In this document: in pieces, positions 26,271 through 36,208 of the stretch
How the letters are laid out: each line of letters opens with the position of its first letter
How positions within the stretch are numbered: the first letter of the stretch is position 1
Assembly (NCBI GenBank): GCA_046484865.1
Contig: JAWOID010000009.1
Coordinates: 1 to 43,717 of the forward strand
Reading direction: 5' to 3'
Source: Candidatus Krumholzibacteriia bacterium
GTDB taxonomy: Bacteria; Krumholzibacteriota; Krumholzibacteriia; LZORAL124-64-63
DNA length: 43,717 bases
Notes under the pieces: generated by a model
The model's input: only the letters and a program-made list of their open reading frames with translations
What the model was told of the DNA's origin: nothing
The model's database searches: none
Program-made: the position numbers and the translations under genes

Positions 26271-28022
26271 GTGGGCGCCGACACGCAGGTCTTCAGGTTC
26301 GATGACTTCCGGCTGGACGGCCGCTCGCGCGCGCTGTTCGCCGGCGGCCGCGAGGTCGCGCTGCGGCCCAAGGTGTTCGAGACCCTTTTCTGCCTCGTGA
26401 GCCGGCCGGGCGAGGCCGTCCGGCGCGAGGATCTGCTCGCCTCCATCTGGGTCGACACCTGCGTCAGCGACGCCGTCCTCGCGCACTGCATCACCGAGGC
26501 GCGGCAGGCGCTCGGCGACGATCCCCGGCGGCCCCGCTACATCAAGACCCTGCCGCGGGTGGGTTACAAGTTCATCGCGACCGTGGCGGACGAACCGGTA
26601 CGGACGACGGACGTGGAGGTGCCGGCCGGGTCGCGCCCGGTGCCCGCCTCCGGGATCGCCGTACTGCCGTTCGCGAACCTGAGCAGCGACGCCGAGCACG
26701 AGATCTTCTGCGACGGGCTCGCCGAGGAGCTGATCGGGCGATTGACGACGGTGCCGGGGCTGCGGGTGATCGCGCGCACCTCCTCGTTCGCCTTCAAGGG
26801 ACGCCACCTCGACGTGCGGGAGATCGGAAACCGTCTCGGCGTGACGACCGTCCTCGAGGGGAGCGTACGGAGAGCGGACGACCAGCTGCGGGTGTCAGCG
26901 CAGCTCATCGACGCCGCGCAAGGCCACCATCTGTGGTGCGGCCAGTACGACCGTCGGCTCGAAGATGTCTTCGCGCTGCAGGACGAGTTGGCGGGCGCGA
27001 TCATCGCGAGCCTCGCACCGGCGGTGGGCGACCGCGCTCCTCGTGGACCGGGGCGGCCGGCCGGCACCGACGTCTCCGCCTACCTGCTGTACCTGCAGGG
27101 CCGCGCGCTCTGGCACCGCCGCTTCGGCGGCTGCCTGGAGGCGGCGGGACGTCGATTCGCAGAGGCCATCGAACGCGACCCCGGCTATGCGCCCGCCTAC
27201 ACCGGGCTGGCGGACGTGCTCGGCACGAAAGCCGCCTGGGGGCTGGCCGCCCCGCGACCGGCCTGCGAGCGTGCCGGCGAACTGGCGACCCGGGCGCTGG
27301 AGCTGGACCCGCAGCTCCCGGAGGCGCACGCCACGCTCGGCCTGATGCACATGTTCGGCGACTGGCGCTGGGAAGCGGCCGAGGACCATCTGGTGCGGGC
27401 CCTGGAGCTGAACCCGGGCTCGGCCCTCACCCGCCTCTGGTACGGTCACTGGCTGAGCATCGTCGGTCGCTGCGACGAGGCGGTCGAGGCCGTCCTGCTG
27501 GCGAAATCGCTCGATCCGCTGTCGCCGGTGGTCGTGGCGAACGTGGGCTGGACCTACCACCTTGCCGGCGACCAGGACCGCGCCGCCGCGGAACTGCTCG
27601 AGGTGCTCGACCACGCTCCCGGCAACGGCGTCGCGCTCTTCTATCTCGGCTACGTCCAGGCCGCCACCGGCCGCCTCGAGGAAGCGATCGCCACCCTCGA
27701 GGATGCGCGCGAGGCGACGGGCGGCTTCCCGTGGATCGCCGAGGGGATCGGCATGCTCCACGGGCAGCTCGGACGCCGGCGGCGGGCGAAGGAGGAACTC
27801 GCCCGGTCGCTCGCGCGTCGCGACCAGGGCTACTGGCCCGCGTCGGCGCCGGCGCTGATCCACCTGGGCCTCGGCGACAGTTCCGCGGCCCTGGACGCTC
27901 TGGAGCGTGCGGCGGACGAGGGAGATGCCCTGATGCCCTGGACGAGGTTCCTGCCCTGCCTGGCGCCGCTGCGGCACGAGCCCCGTTTCCAGGACCTGCT
28001 CGCGCGGATCGGGCTCGGCTGA
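26271..28022 (+). CDS. Winged-helix (OmpR/CadC-type) regulator with TolB-like domain and TPRs
   Basis: FRFDDFRLD...LRPKVFETL...YIKTLPRVGYKF; IAVLPFANLS, RVIARTSSF and LEGSVRR; TPR repeats. Confidence 0.9.
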   Translation: MGADTQVFRFDDFRLDGRSRALFAGGREVALRPKVFETLFCLVSRPGEAVRREDLLASIWVDTCVSDAVLAHCITEARQALGDDPRRPRYIKTLPRVGYKFIATVADEPVRTTDVEVPAGSRPVPASGIAVLPFANLSSDAEHEIFCDGLAEELIGRLTTVPGLRVIARTSSFAFKGRHLDVREIGNRLGVTTVLEGSVRRADDQLRVSAQLIDAAQGHHLWCGQYDRRLEDVFALQDELAGAIIASLAPAVGDRAPRGPGRPAGTDVSAYLLYLQGRALWHRRFGGCLEAAGRRFAEAIERDPGYAPAYTGLADVLGTKAAWGLAAPRPACERAGELATRALELDPQLPEAHATLGLMHMFGDWRWEAAEDHLVRALELNPGSALTRLWYGHWLSIVGRCDEAVEAVLLAKSLDPLSPVVVANVGWTYHLAGDQDRAAAELLEVLDHAPGNGVALFYLGYVQAATGRLEEAIATLEDAREATGGFPWIAEGIGMLHGQLGRRRRAKEELARSLARRDQGYWPASAPALIHLGLGDSSAALDALERAADEGDALMPWTRFLPCLAPLRHEPRFQDLLARIGLG

Positions 28023-28150
28023 TCCGGTCACGGTCACCGGAGACCGCGCCGGGGATGCCCCGGTTGACACGCAGTCCGGATCGGGCGCAGGATGAAGCTC
28101 GAAGCCACCTCGCCACTGTCCAGATTCTCCCGGGTCATGGAGCCGACGGC

Positions 28151-30622
28151 ATGATCGGCCGCAAGCTGTCCCGCTACCGGATCACCGGCGAGCTCGGCGC
28201 CGGCGGCATGGGCGTGGTCTACCGGGCGCACGACGAGGCGCTCGATCGCGAGGTGGCGCTCAAGGTGCTGCCTCCCGAGTTCGCCGCCGAGCCTCTGCGG
28301 CGGGAACGGTTCGAGCGCGAGGCCCGTGCCGCGGCCCGCCTCTCGCATCCCGGCATCGTGCAGATCCACGACTTCGGTATCGTCGACGGCGTCGCCTACA
28401 CCGTCAGCGAACTCGTCGAGGGCCGCAGCCTGCGTGACGTCCTCGCCGGCCGGCGGCTGCCGTGGCGCGAAGCCGTCACCCTCGGGGTGCAGATCGCGCA
28501 GGCGCTGGCCTCGGCGCACGCGAACGGCGTCGTCCATCGCGACCTGAAGCCCGAGAACATCATGCTGGACGATCGCAGCCGGCCGAAGGTGCTGGACTTC
28601 GGCCTGGCGCAGATCCTGGCGCCGCCGCCGGCGCCGGCACCGGCGGTCGAGGGCGACGCGCCGACCGTGCCCGCAACCCTCCTGGCCCTGACGCGGGACG
28701 GAACGGTCCTGGGCACGGCCGGCTACATGGCACCGGAGCAGGTCCGGGGCGTGGCGTGCGACGCGCGAACCGACGTCTTCGCGCTCGGCTGCCTGCTGCA
28801 TGAGCTGCTGACCGGCCGGCGCGCCTTCCAGGCCGCCACTCCGGCCGAGACGATGGGCGCGGTGCTCAGGGACGAACCGCCGCCGCCTTCGAGCAGCGAC
28901 CCGGAGATCCCGCCGGTCGTGGATCGGATCATCGCCCGCTGCCTGGCCAAGCGCCCGTCGGACCGGTTCTCCTCGGCCCACGACGTGGCCCTCTCGCTCG
29001 AGGCGATTTCCGATCACCGCCCGGGTCCCCGGCTGAAGGACGGTTTTCCGGCTCGTCGTTCCCGGCTGGTGGCGGCGGTCGCGGCAGCCGCCGTCATCCT
29101 GGTCGCGGTGGCCGCGCTGGTCTTCCTCGTGCCCGGCGGCGAGTCCACCGGCGAGGGGCACGCCGGCCCCGCGCCGCCGGCGTCCGGGCCTGCGACGGGT
29201 CTCGGCGAGCTGGACCCGGAGCTGGTCGCGGTGATGCCCCTGGAGAACCGCACCGGCGATCCGGCCCTCGACCCCCTGGGCCTGATGGCGGCCGACTGGA
29301 TCGCCCAGAGGCTGGCCGGGACCGAGGTGGTGCGGGCGGTCCCGGTGATCGGTCCTCTGGGCCCAGGTCTCGGGCCCGACGCCCCTCAGGGGATGCGGGA
29401 CCTCGCCGACGCGACCGGGGCCGGCATCGTCGTGAGCGGAGCGTACTACCTCCTGGCCGATACCCTGCGCTTCCACGCCAGCGTGTCGGACGTGATCCAC
29501 GGCGAACTGATCTACTCGGCCGAGGCGGCTGCCCCGAACGCGCTGCCCATGCAGGGCATCGATGCCTTGCAGGCCTCGCTGGTGTCGGCGGTCACGATGA
29601 ACACGATCGGCCTCCCCTCCAGACAGGAACCCCCCACGTTCGAGGCCTACCGCGAGTACATCGCCGGCCTGGAGAGCTTCGGCGCCGACTACGAGCGGGC
29701 GATCCTTCACTTTCGCCGGGCGCTCGAGCTGGCCCCCGATTTCGTGCCCGCTCGACTTCGCATCGCTACGGCCCTGATGAACCAGGGACGCCTCGCCGAG
29801 TCCCAGGCCGAGTTCGAGCGTCTCGAGCCGCACCGGCACCGGATGGCGACGCCGTTCCTCCGCGGGCTGCCGACCTGCGCCTGGCCCACCTCCGTGGCCT
29901 GCGCCGCCCTCCACATGCTGGGCCGCCACGACGAGGAACTCGCCTGGACGGCGGAGGCCTACGAGTTCTGTGGCGAGTCGCCGATGCTGCACGAGATCCG
30001 CCTGCAGGCCCTGGCCGCACTCGGCCGGATCGAGGAGCTCGAGAGGGAGCTCGAGGAAGTCCTCGCCTCCCCCGCCGGCGTGGCTGCGGGAGGCCGGCTG
30101 CTCGCCGTGGCCGCCCAGGAACTCCGCGCTCACGGCCACCCGGAACACGCCGCCGGGGTGGCCGGGCGCGCCCTTCGCTGGCGGCTCGAGCACGGCACGA
30201 GCCCCAGGCGCCTCGCCGAGGCCCACCTGCTGGTCGGCGACCCCCAGGCCGCGCGCCGTATCCTGGAAGAGCTGGCGGGCCGGCCCCCAGCCGGGGAGGA
30301 ACCCGAAATCGATCTGCTCGGATTGCTGGGCGTGGCCGCCGCCCGCGCCGACGACCGGGAGGCGGCCCAGTCGCTGGCCGACCGGATCGCGGCCAGCCGG
30401 CGCCCCTACCTGCTGGGCGAGGACAAGTACTGGCGCGCCGCCATCGCCGCCGGACTGGGCGAGTCGAAGAGCGCTGTCGAACTGCTGCGGCGCGCCTTCA
30501 CCGAGGGCAAGCAATACGGGGACGAGGTCCATCGCGATCCGTATCTCGAACCGCTGTGGGACATGCCGGAGTTCCAGCGGCTCCTCGAGCCGAGAGACGG
30601 GCCGTCGACGAGCGGCCGCTGA
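28151..30622 (+). CDS. Hanks-type Ser/Thr protein kinase with TM helix, TolB-like domain and TPRs
   Basis: Kinase motifs LGAGGMGVVY, VALK, HRDLKPEN, DFGLA and GTAGYMAPE; a TM segment; VAVMPLENRTGD. Start is ATG 28151. Confidence 0.92.
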   Translation: MIGRKLSRYRITGELGAGGMGVVYRAHDEALDREVALKVLPPEFAAEPLRRERFEREARAAARLSHPGIVQIHDFGIVDGVAYTVSELVEGRSLRDVLAGRRLPWREAVTLGVQIAQALASAHANGVVHRDLKPENIMLDDRSRPKVLDFGLAQILAPPPAPAPAVEGDAPTVPATLLALTRDGTVLGTAGYMAPEQVRGVACDARTDVFALGCLLHELLTGRRAFQAATPAETMGAVLRDEPPPPSSSDPEIPPVVDRIIARCLAKRPSDRFSSAHDVALSLEAISDHRPGPRLKDGFPARRSRLVAAVAAAAVILVAVAALVFLVPGGESTGEGHAGPAPPASGPATGLGELDPELVAVMPLENRTGDPALDPLGLMAADWIAQRLAGTEVVRAVPVIGPLGPGLGPDAPQGMRDLADATGAGIVVSGAYYLLADTLRFHASVSDVIHGELIYSAEAAAPNALPMQGIDALQASLVSAVTMNTIGLPSRQEPPTFEAYREYIAGLESFGADYERAILHFRRALELAPDFVPARLRIATALMNQGRLAESQAEFERLEPHRHRMATPFLRGLPTCAWPTSVACAALHMLGRHDEELAWTAEAYEFCGESPMLHEIRLQALAALGRIEELERELEEVLASPAGVAAGGRLLAVAAQELRAHGHPEHAAGVAGRALRWRLEHGTSPRRLAEAHLLVGDPQAARRILEELAGRPPAGEEPEIDLLGLLGVAAARADDREAAQSLADRIAASRRPYLLGEDKYWRAAIAAGLGESKSAVELLRRAFTEGKQYGDEVHRDPYLEPLWDMPEFQRLLEPRDGPSTSGR

Positions 30623-30752
30623 GGAGTTCCCCGGCTGCGGCGGTTCGCGACCGCCCGCGCGACGGCCCCGCCCGACGGCCCCGCGCGCCGTGCGTTGCGC
30701 CGGTCCCCTCCATTGCGCTAAGCTGGCAGCCTTGGCGAGAGGAGCCTCCACC

Positions 30753-33413
30753 ATGCGACTCAAGCAGGGCCGCCGGCTCGGCCCGTACGAGATCCTGGAA
30801 GCCCTCGGGGCCGGCGGGATGGGCGAGGTCTACCGCGCCAGGGACACGCGGCTGGACCGGCTCGTGGCCATCAAGGTGCTGACGACCCAGCTCTCCGCCC
30901 ACCCGGATCTGCGCCGGCGGTTCGATCGCGAGGCCCGCCTCATCTCGTCCCTGAACCACCCCCACGTCTGCGCGCTCTTCGACGTGGGGCACGAGTCGGG
31001 GATCGACTTCCTGGTCATGGAGCATCTGGAGGGCACGACCCTCGCCCAGAGGATCTCCGAGGGGCCGCTGCCGCTGGAAGCCGTCGTGCGCGTCGGCCGG
31101 GAGATCGCCGAGGCCCTCTCGGCGGCGCACGCGAATGGCGTCGTGCACCGGGACCTCAAGCCGGGCAACGTGATGCTGACCCGGAGCGGGGTCAAGCTCC
31201 TGGACTTCGGGCTGGCCAAGATCGCGCAGCCGGTGGTCACGGCCAGCGCGAGCGAGACGACGAAGGAGACGGCCGACCCGGCCAGCCCGGGCGGCCCGAT
31301 CACCGCCGAGGGCGCCATCCTGGGCACCTTCCAGTACATGGCTCCGGAGCAGATCGAGGGGCACGAGGCCGATCCCCGCAGCGATATCTTCGCCCTCGGA
31401 GCGATCCTCTACGAGATGGCCACCGGCAGGCGCGCCTTCCAGGGCGGAAGCCGCGCCTCCCTGATCGCCTCGATCCTCAAGGACCGGCCGCCCCCCATCA
31501 CCTCGATCGAGCCCATGACCCCGCCGGCGCTGGAGCGCATCGTGCACGCGTGCCTGGAGAAGGATCCGCAGGCGCGCTGGCAGACCGCGCACGACGTGGC
31601 CCTGCAGCTGAGCTGGATCGCCGAGGGCGGCTCCGAGACGGGCGTGCCGAAGCCCGTGGCCCGCCGGCGGCGCAGCCGCGAGCGCCTCGCCTGGATCACG
31701 GTCGCGGTGCTGGGCCTGGCGGTCCTGGGGCTGGGATCCCGGGAGTTGCTGCGCGAGCCCGCCCCCATGCCCCGCACGGTCCGCTTCCAGATCCTGCCGC
31801 CCGACGGGCTCACCTCGATGGGAACGCCCAGGATCTCGCCCGACGGACGCTTACTGGCCTTCGAGGCGACCGACTCCACGGGGACGACGAAGGTCTGGAT
31901 CCGCCCCCTCGAGGCCCTTTCCGCCCATCCGCTGAACGGGACCGAGGGCGCCGGCCGGCCGTTCTGGTCACCCGACTCCCGTTCCCTGGCCTTCTTCGCG
32001 GGGCCCCAGCTTAAGCGCGTGGACGTGGGCGGGGGCGCGGTGCGGGTGATCCTGGACGGGGTCACCGGCTACGACGGCACCTGGAGCGAGCAGGGGACGA
32101 TCCTCTTCGACGTTTCCAAAGTCGATTCGATCCGCAGCGTACCCGCCGCCGGCGGGCTGGCCAAGGCCGCCACGACGATCGATCGCGCGGCCGGCCAGAC
32201 GGGTCATGGCTGGCCCCTGTTCCTTCCCGACGGCAAGCACTTCCTCTTCCTGGCGCGCTATCAGGACGCCGACGGCGACAGCCTGTGCCTGGGCGAACTG
32301 GGCTCGGTCGAGGCCCGCACCCTGGGCGCCGCCGGTTCGCTCGTGGATTACTGCGAACCGGGTTACGTCCTATGGGTCGATCGTGGCGTGCTCCTGGCCC
32401 GGCGCCTCCAGGCGGGCTCCTGGAGATTCCAGGGAGAACCCTTCCCGGTCACGACCAGCCTCGCGGTGGGCGCCACGGGTCTGGCGAATTTCTCGACCTC
32501 CCGCAACGGCAACCTCGCCTACCGCCCCGGTGGCACGTATCTGAAGACTTTGACCTGGGTGGACCGCGCCGGCCGTGAGCTGACGACGGTGGGTCCTCCC
32601 GGGGACTACGCCAACCCAGCCGTGGATCCGACCGGCGAGCGGATCGTGGTGGACCTGGCGAGCGACGGTGGAAACGAGGATCTCTGGCTGCTGGAGGCCT
32701 CCCGCGGCACCTCGACCCGCCTCACCTTCTCGCCGGAGCGGGAAGGCTCGGGGACCTGGTCCCCCGACGGAAGCCGGATCGCCTTCGTCGCCGCCGGAAA
32801 CGAAGCCTGGAAGCTCAAGACCCTGGATGCCCGCGGGGCGTCGGAACCGTCCGAGATCCAGGCCGAATTTCCGGGTGGGCCGTCGGACTGGTCGGCCGAT
32901 GGGCGAACCCTGCTCGTAAACGCCTACAGTGGTGAGAGCCGCTGGGACGTATGGGCGGTTCCCCTGGCGGGGGGAGAATCCATTCCGGTCGCCGCCGGTC
33001 CCTTCCGTGAGGTCCAGGGGAGGTTCTCGCCCGACGGCAGGTGGATCGCCTACGCCAGTACCGAGAGCGGCCGCACCGAGGTCTACGTCCGCTCCTGGCC
33101 CGGCACGGCCGGGAAGTGGCAGATCTCCACCGAGGGGGGCACCGAACCCCAGTGGAGGCAGGACGGCAAGGAGCTGTTCTACCTGAGCCTGCGCCGGGAG
33201 ATCATGGCCGTGGACGTGGATGCGGGACCGGGGTTCCAGGCGGGTCGACCGCGGCGCCTGTTCCCCGCCGATCTCCCGCTCCAGCTGGTTACCCGCAACC
33301 GCTACGTCGCCTCGCCTGACGGCCAGCGCTTCCTGCTTCTCAAGCAGGGGATGGGCGGGGCGGGTCCGATCACGGTGGTGTTGAACTGGGCCGCCGAGGC
33401 GGGGGGAAACTGA
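30753..33413 (+). CDS. Hanks-type Ser/Thr protein kinase with TM helix and PD40/TolB beta-propellers
   Basis: Kinase motifs LGAGGMGEVY, HRDLKPGN, DFGLAK and GTFQYMAPE; repeated SPDG blades; ends ITVVLNW. GAGGAG RBS before ATG 30753. Confidence 0.93.
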   Translation: MRLKQGRRLGPYEILEALGAGGMGEVYRARDTRLDRLVAIKVLTTQLSAHPDLRRRFDREARLISSLNHPHVCALFDVGHESGIDFLVMEHLEGTTLAQRISEGPLPLEAVVRVGREIAEALSAAHANGVVHRDLKPGNVMLTRSGVKLLDFGLAKIAQPVVTASASETTKETADPASPGGPITAEGAILGTFQYMAPEQIEGHEADPRSDIFALGAILYEMATGRRAFQGGSRASLIASILKDRPPPITSIEPMTPPALERIVHACLEKDPQARWQTAHDVALQLSWIAEGGSETGVPKPVARRRRSRERLAWITVAVLGLAVLGLGSRELLREPAPMPRTVRFQILPPDGLTSMGTPRISPDGRLLAFEATDSTGTTKVWIRPLEALSAHPLNGTEGAGRPFWSPDSRSLAFFAGPQLKRVDVGGGAVRVILDGVTGYDGTWSEQGTILFDVSKVDSIRSVPAAGGLAKAATTIDRAAGQTGHGWPLFLPDGKHFLFLARYQDADGDSLCLGELGSVEARTLGAAGSLVDYCEPGYVLWVDRGVLLARRLQAGSWRFQGEPFPVTTSLAVGATGLANFSTSRNGNLAYRPGGTYLKTLTWVDRAGRELTTVGPPGDYANPAVDPTGERIVVDLASDGGNEDLWLLEASRGTSTRLTFSPEREGSGTWSPDGSRIAFVAAGNEAWKLKTLDARGASEPSEIQAEFPGGPSDWSADGRTLLVNAYSGESRWDVWAVPLAGGESIPVAAGPFREVQGRFSPDGRWIAYASTESGRTEVYVRSWPGTAGKWQISTEGGTEPQWRQDGKELFYLSLRREIMAVDVDAGPGFQAGRPRRLFPADLPLQLVTRNRYVASPDGQRFLLLKQGMGGAGPITVVLNWAAEAGGN

Positions 33414-33430
33414 GGGCCGTCGCCAGCGAC

Positions 33431-34078
33431 TCAGCGACGCCGAAGCGCGCGAACCGCAACGAAGGCCCCCTCCCCGTGTCCGGGGATGGGATCCTCGATG
33501 TGTTCCGTCTGGTCCAGGGAGCGGAACAGCGTCTGAAGCCAAACGTCGTCAATGAAACCGGCATTGCGCAGCAAGTCGGCGACCTCGTCGGCGGAAACGA
33601 AGGACGCTTCGCGGTAGAACAGGCTCCTGGCCTGACGAGCCAGGTAGCTCCGACCGATGACGCTCTCACGGTCGATGAAGCCGATCACCAGCGGCGCACC
33701 TGGCTTCAGGATGCGGTAGGCCTCTGCAAGCGTCGCCGGGATGTCCATCACGAAGCAGATCGTGGTGACACAGAGCGCATGATCGAACCGCCGAGCAGGA
33801 AAGGGAAGCGCCTCGGCGACGCCCTGGACCACCGAGATTCCTCGCTGCCGGGCGTAGATCAGCATCTCGCGCGCTGGGTCAACCCCGACGCGGACGCCGA
33901 GCGGGGCGGCGAAGCGGCCCGTGCCCACACCGAGCGCCAGGCCTCGACCATGCCGCGGCAACAGAGCGCCGACTGCACGTAACTCCGAGTCGTAAGCGGC
34001 CGCGTTGTGGACGAACCACGCATCGTAGCGACGGTGATGGCGGGCGAAGGGTGATCCGTCCGGTTTGCCCATGGCCAT
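33431..34078 (-). CDS. Class I SAM-dependent methyltransferase
   Basis: Motifs YDAWF, GVGTGRF, GVDP, AEALPF, TTICF and RILKPG. Confidence 0.88.
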   Translation of the reverse strand: MAMGKPDGSPFARHHRRYDAWFVHNAAAYDSELRAVGALLPRHGRGLALGVGTGRFAAPLGVRVGVDPAREMLIYARQRGISVVQGVAEALPFPARRFDHALCVTTICFVMDIPATLAEAYRILKPGAPLVIGFIDRESVIGRSYLARQARSLFYREASFVSADEVADLLRNAGFIDDVWLQTLFRSLDQTEHIEDPIPGHGEGAFVAVRALRRR

Positions 34079-34188
34079 CTCTCCCTGGCCTGTGATCGAC
34101 GGACGGTGCGTGACTCAGCATTACCGTCCACCGCCACCAAACCTATCATGACCAGATGGACTTCGCCGCAGCCTCGTACAGCCCTGAA

Positions 34189-35226
34189 TCAGCGATCCCC
34201 GGGTCCCGGCCAGTCGGTGTAGCGCTTGCGGATGCTGGGGATGAGGACCTCTCGGAAGGCCGCCTGGGCGTCTTGCCGGGCTGCCAGGCCCCAGTCCTCG
34301 TTCGCCGCGGACATGTCCACATCCGCTGGCCAGCTGTCGACGATGGCCTGGCGGTTCTCTTCGGGGGCGAAGCCGATGTCCGCCTCGGGAAACCCTTCCA
34401 GCACCAGGTCACGGACCTCCGAGGCGGACGGATTGAAGGCGCCGACGTTGTAGACGCTCTGGCGGAGGCAGGCGCGGTCGGCGCCGGCGAGCGCCAGCAT
34501 GGCATCGACCGCGTCGGCCATGAGCATGAAGGGGATGCGCGAGTCCGGCCGGACGAAGCTTCTGTAGGGCTCGCCTCGGGCCGCGGCATGGATCATCTCG
34601 GGGGCGAAATCAGACGTACCACCCGACGGCAGCGTCTCCGCGCTGATGAGACCGGGAAGGCGGATGGCGCGGAAATCCACCCTGGAAACCGGACGCTCGG
34701 GCGCCAGCTGCGCGTAGTGCAGGCCGTAGTAGCGCCCCAGGTGCTCGCAACAGAGCTTGTTGCAGCCATACATGGTCCTCGGCAGGTTCCACTCGCGTTC
34801 CTTGACCGCTCCGGCCCGCACCTTCGTGGCCAGGTCCGGCAACCCATACACGGCGATGGAACTGGGGTAAAGAAAGACCACCGGCCGATCGTGGGCCTCT
34901 CCCTGCGTCCGGGCGAATTCGAGCAGGTTCAGGGTTCCATCAACGTTCACCTGATGAGCGGCGACAGGCATGGTCTCGCTGCGGGTCGACAGCAAGGCGG
35001 CGAGATGGAAGACCGTGTCGACCTCATGCTCGGCGGCGATCTGCTCCAGCAGATCGTGGTCCAGGACGGAACCCACGAACTCGCGCTCCACGAGGTTCGC
35101 GAGCGTGGTCGCCAGCGGCCTCGGATCGAGGGTGATGATGGCGCGCGGACAATGGGCGAGAGCCTCGATGATGGCATGTCCGACCTCGCCGCTGGCTCCG
35201 GTGATCAGGGTGACCGACTTGCGCAT
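34189..35226 (-). CDS. NAD-dependent epimerase/dehydratase (SDR), L-threonine 3-dehydrogenase-like
   Basis: Motifs ITGASGEVG, FHLAALLS, PSSIAVYG, PRTMYGCNK and GGTSDFA. Confidence 0.85.
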   Translation of the reverse strand: MRKSVTLITGASGEVGHAIIEALAHCPRAIITLDPRPLATTLANLVEREFVGSVLDHDLLEQIAAEHEVDTVFHLAALLSTRSETMPVAAHQVNVDGTLNLLEFARTQGEAHDRPVVFLYPSSIAVYGLPDLATKVRAGAVKEREWNLPRTMYGCNKLCCEHLGRYYGLHYAQLAPERPVSRVDFRAIRLPGLISAETLPSGGTSDFAPEMIHAAARGEPYRSFVRPDSRIPFMLMADAVDAMLALAGADRACLRQSVYNVGAFNPSASEVRDLVLEGFPEADIGFAPEENRQAIVDSWPADVDMSAANEDWGLAARQDAQAAFREVLIPSIRKRYTDWPGPGDR

Positions 35227-35319
35227 GTGCCGTCCTCCGTCGGGGCCGCTATGACGGATCGTCATCGACCCGCTCGGAATGTCGTTACCGTGATTCGCAA
35301 CCCGGGACGCCGCGCAGCG

Positions 35320-36003
35320 TCACTGATCGGTGGAAGGGGCCGATCGCGTGAATCCGGAACGATGCGTCACGGTCAGGCCGTGCAGAAAGATGTCCACGGT
35401 CGAATCGAAGATCCTGTCGTTGTCGCACGGCGCCAGCTCGTCCAGCCCGAGGTGGACGTGCAGGGCGGCCTGGGTCATGAGCGAAGAGATGATCATCCTC
35501 CCCGCGACTTCGGCGTCCACGTCCCGCCGAAACTCGCCGGCGGCGATGCCGTGCTGAACCAGCCGGCTCACCAGATGCCAGCCCTCGATAGGGCCCTCCC
35601 TGGCCCAGGTCCGAAAGAGGGCGGGAAACTCGATGCTCACTTCCCCCAGCAGCAGGCGGAATGCGGCGCCCCAGCAGGACTCCAGCCAGCGTTGCCACAC
35701 CTTCCTGAGCGCGAACCGGATCCGGGCCGACGCCGGTCCGGGCATGGCGTCCACGGCGGCCGTGATGTCGGCGAAGATCTCGCGATGGCGGTGCCGGAAG
35801 GCCTTGTGCAAAAGGTCCTCCTTGCTGTCGAAGTAGTAGTAGACCGCCCCTTTCGTCATGCCTGCGGCGCCGGCGAGATCCTCGAGACGGGCCGCCCGGT
35901 ATCCGCGCTCGGCGAACATGCGGAAGGCCGCATCCAGCAGCGCATCCGGTACGGCGCGTGATTCCGGGTGATGCACCGGCCCGGGGTTTCGTGCAGACGA
36001 CAT
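35320..36003 (-). CDS. TetR/AcrR family regulator
   Basis: LLDAAFRMFAERGYRAARLEDLAGAAGMTKGAVYYYFDSKEDL. Confidence 0.93.
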   Translation of the reverse strand: MSSARNPGPVHHPESRAVPDALLDAAFRMFAERGYRAARLEDLAGAAGMTKGAVYYYFDSKEDLLHKAFRHRHREIFADITAAVDAMPGPASARIRFALRKVWQRWLESCWGAAFRLLLGEVSIEFPALFRTWAREGPIEGWHLVSRLVQHGIAAGEFRRDVDAEVAGRMIISSLMTQAALHVHLGLDELAPCDNDRIFDSTVDIFLHGLTVTHRSGFTRSAPSTDQ

Positions 36004-36009
36004 CTTGAC

Positions 36010-36023
36010 CTACCCGTGAGTAT
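36010..36023. promoter_or_regulatory. Putative TetR operator, copy 1
   Basis: CTACCCGTGAGTAT matches the reverse complement of copy 2 at 12/14 positions and lies 6 nt upstream of the TetR ATG. Confidence 0.55.
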
Positions 36024-36095
36024 GTCGACAATTCTCTGGACGCTATCTGGAACATAATCAATGGATTGCGTGCAATCAAGCCCGACAGGAGGAAG

Positions 36096-36124
36096 TTGAC
36101 AATCCATCAGATCAAGGTTAAATT
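36096..36124 (+). promoter_or_regulatory. Sigma70 promoter of the radical SAM gene
   Basis: TTGACA-N17-TAAATT. Confidence 0.65.
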
Positions 36125-36138
36125 ATACTCACGAGTAT
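36125..36138. promoter_or_regulatory. Putative TetR operator, copy 2
   Basis: Palindrome ATACTC-AC-GAGTAT abutting the -10 box. Confidence 0.6.
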
Positions 36139-36208
36139 CGAAAACGGCCGGCACAGGCGGCCTCCCGCTCGGGCTCACCAGCCGGTCGTGACGAAGGGGA
36201 GGCCTGAT

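Noticed and set aside
26933..30752. Long N-terminal extensions of the kinase ORFs (1229 aa and 1147 aa in the track)
   Set aside because: They overlap upstream genes in other frames and are Arg/Pro-rich nonsense. True starts are 28151 and 30753.
33900..33960. Methyltransferase motif I reads GLALGVGTG rather than GLEIGVGTG (possible inactivation)
   Set aside because: A single substitution in an otherwise intact ORF is not enough to call a pseudogene.
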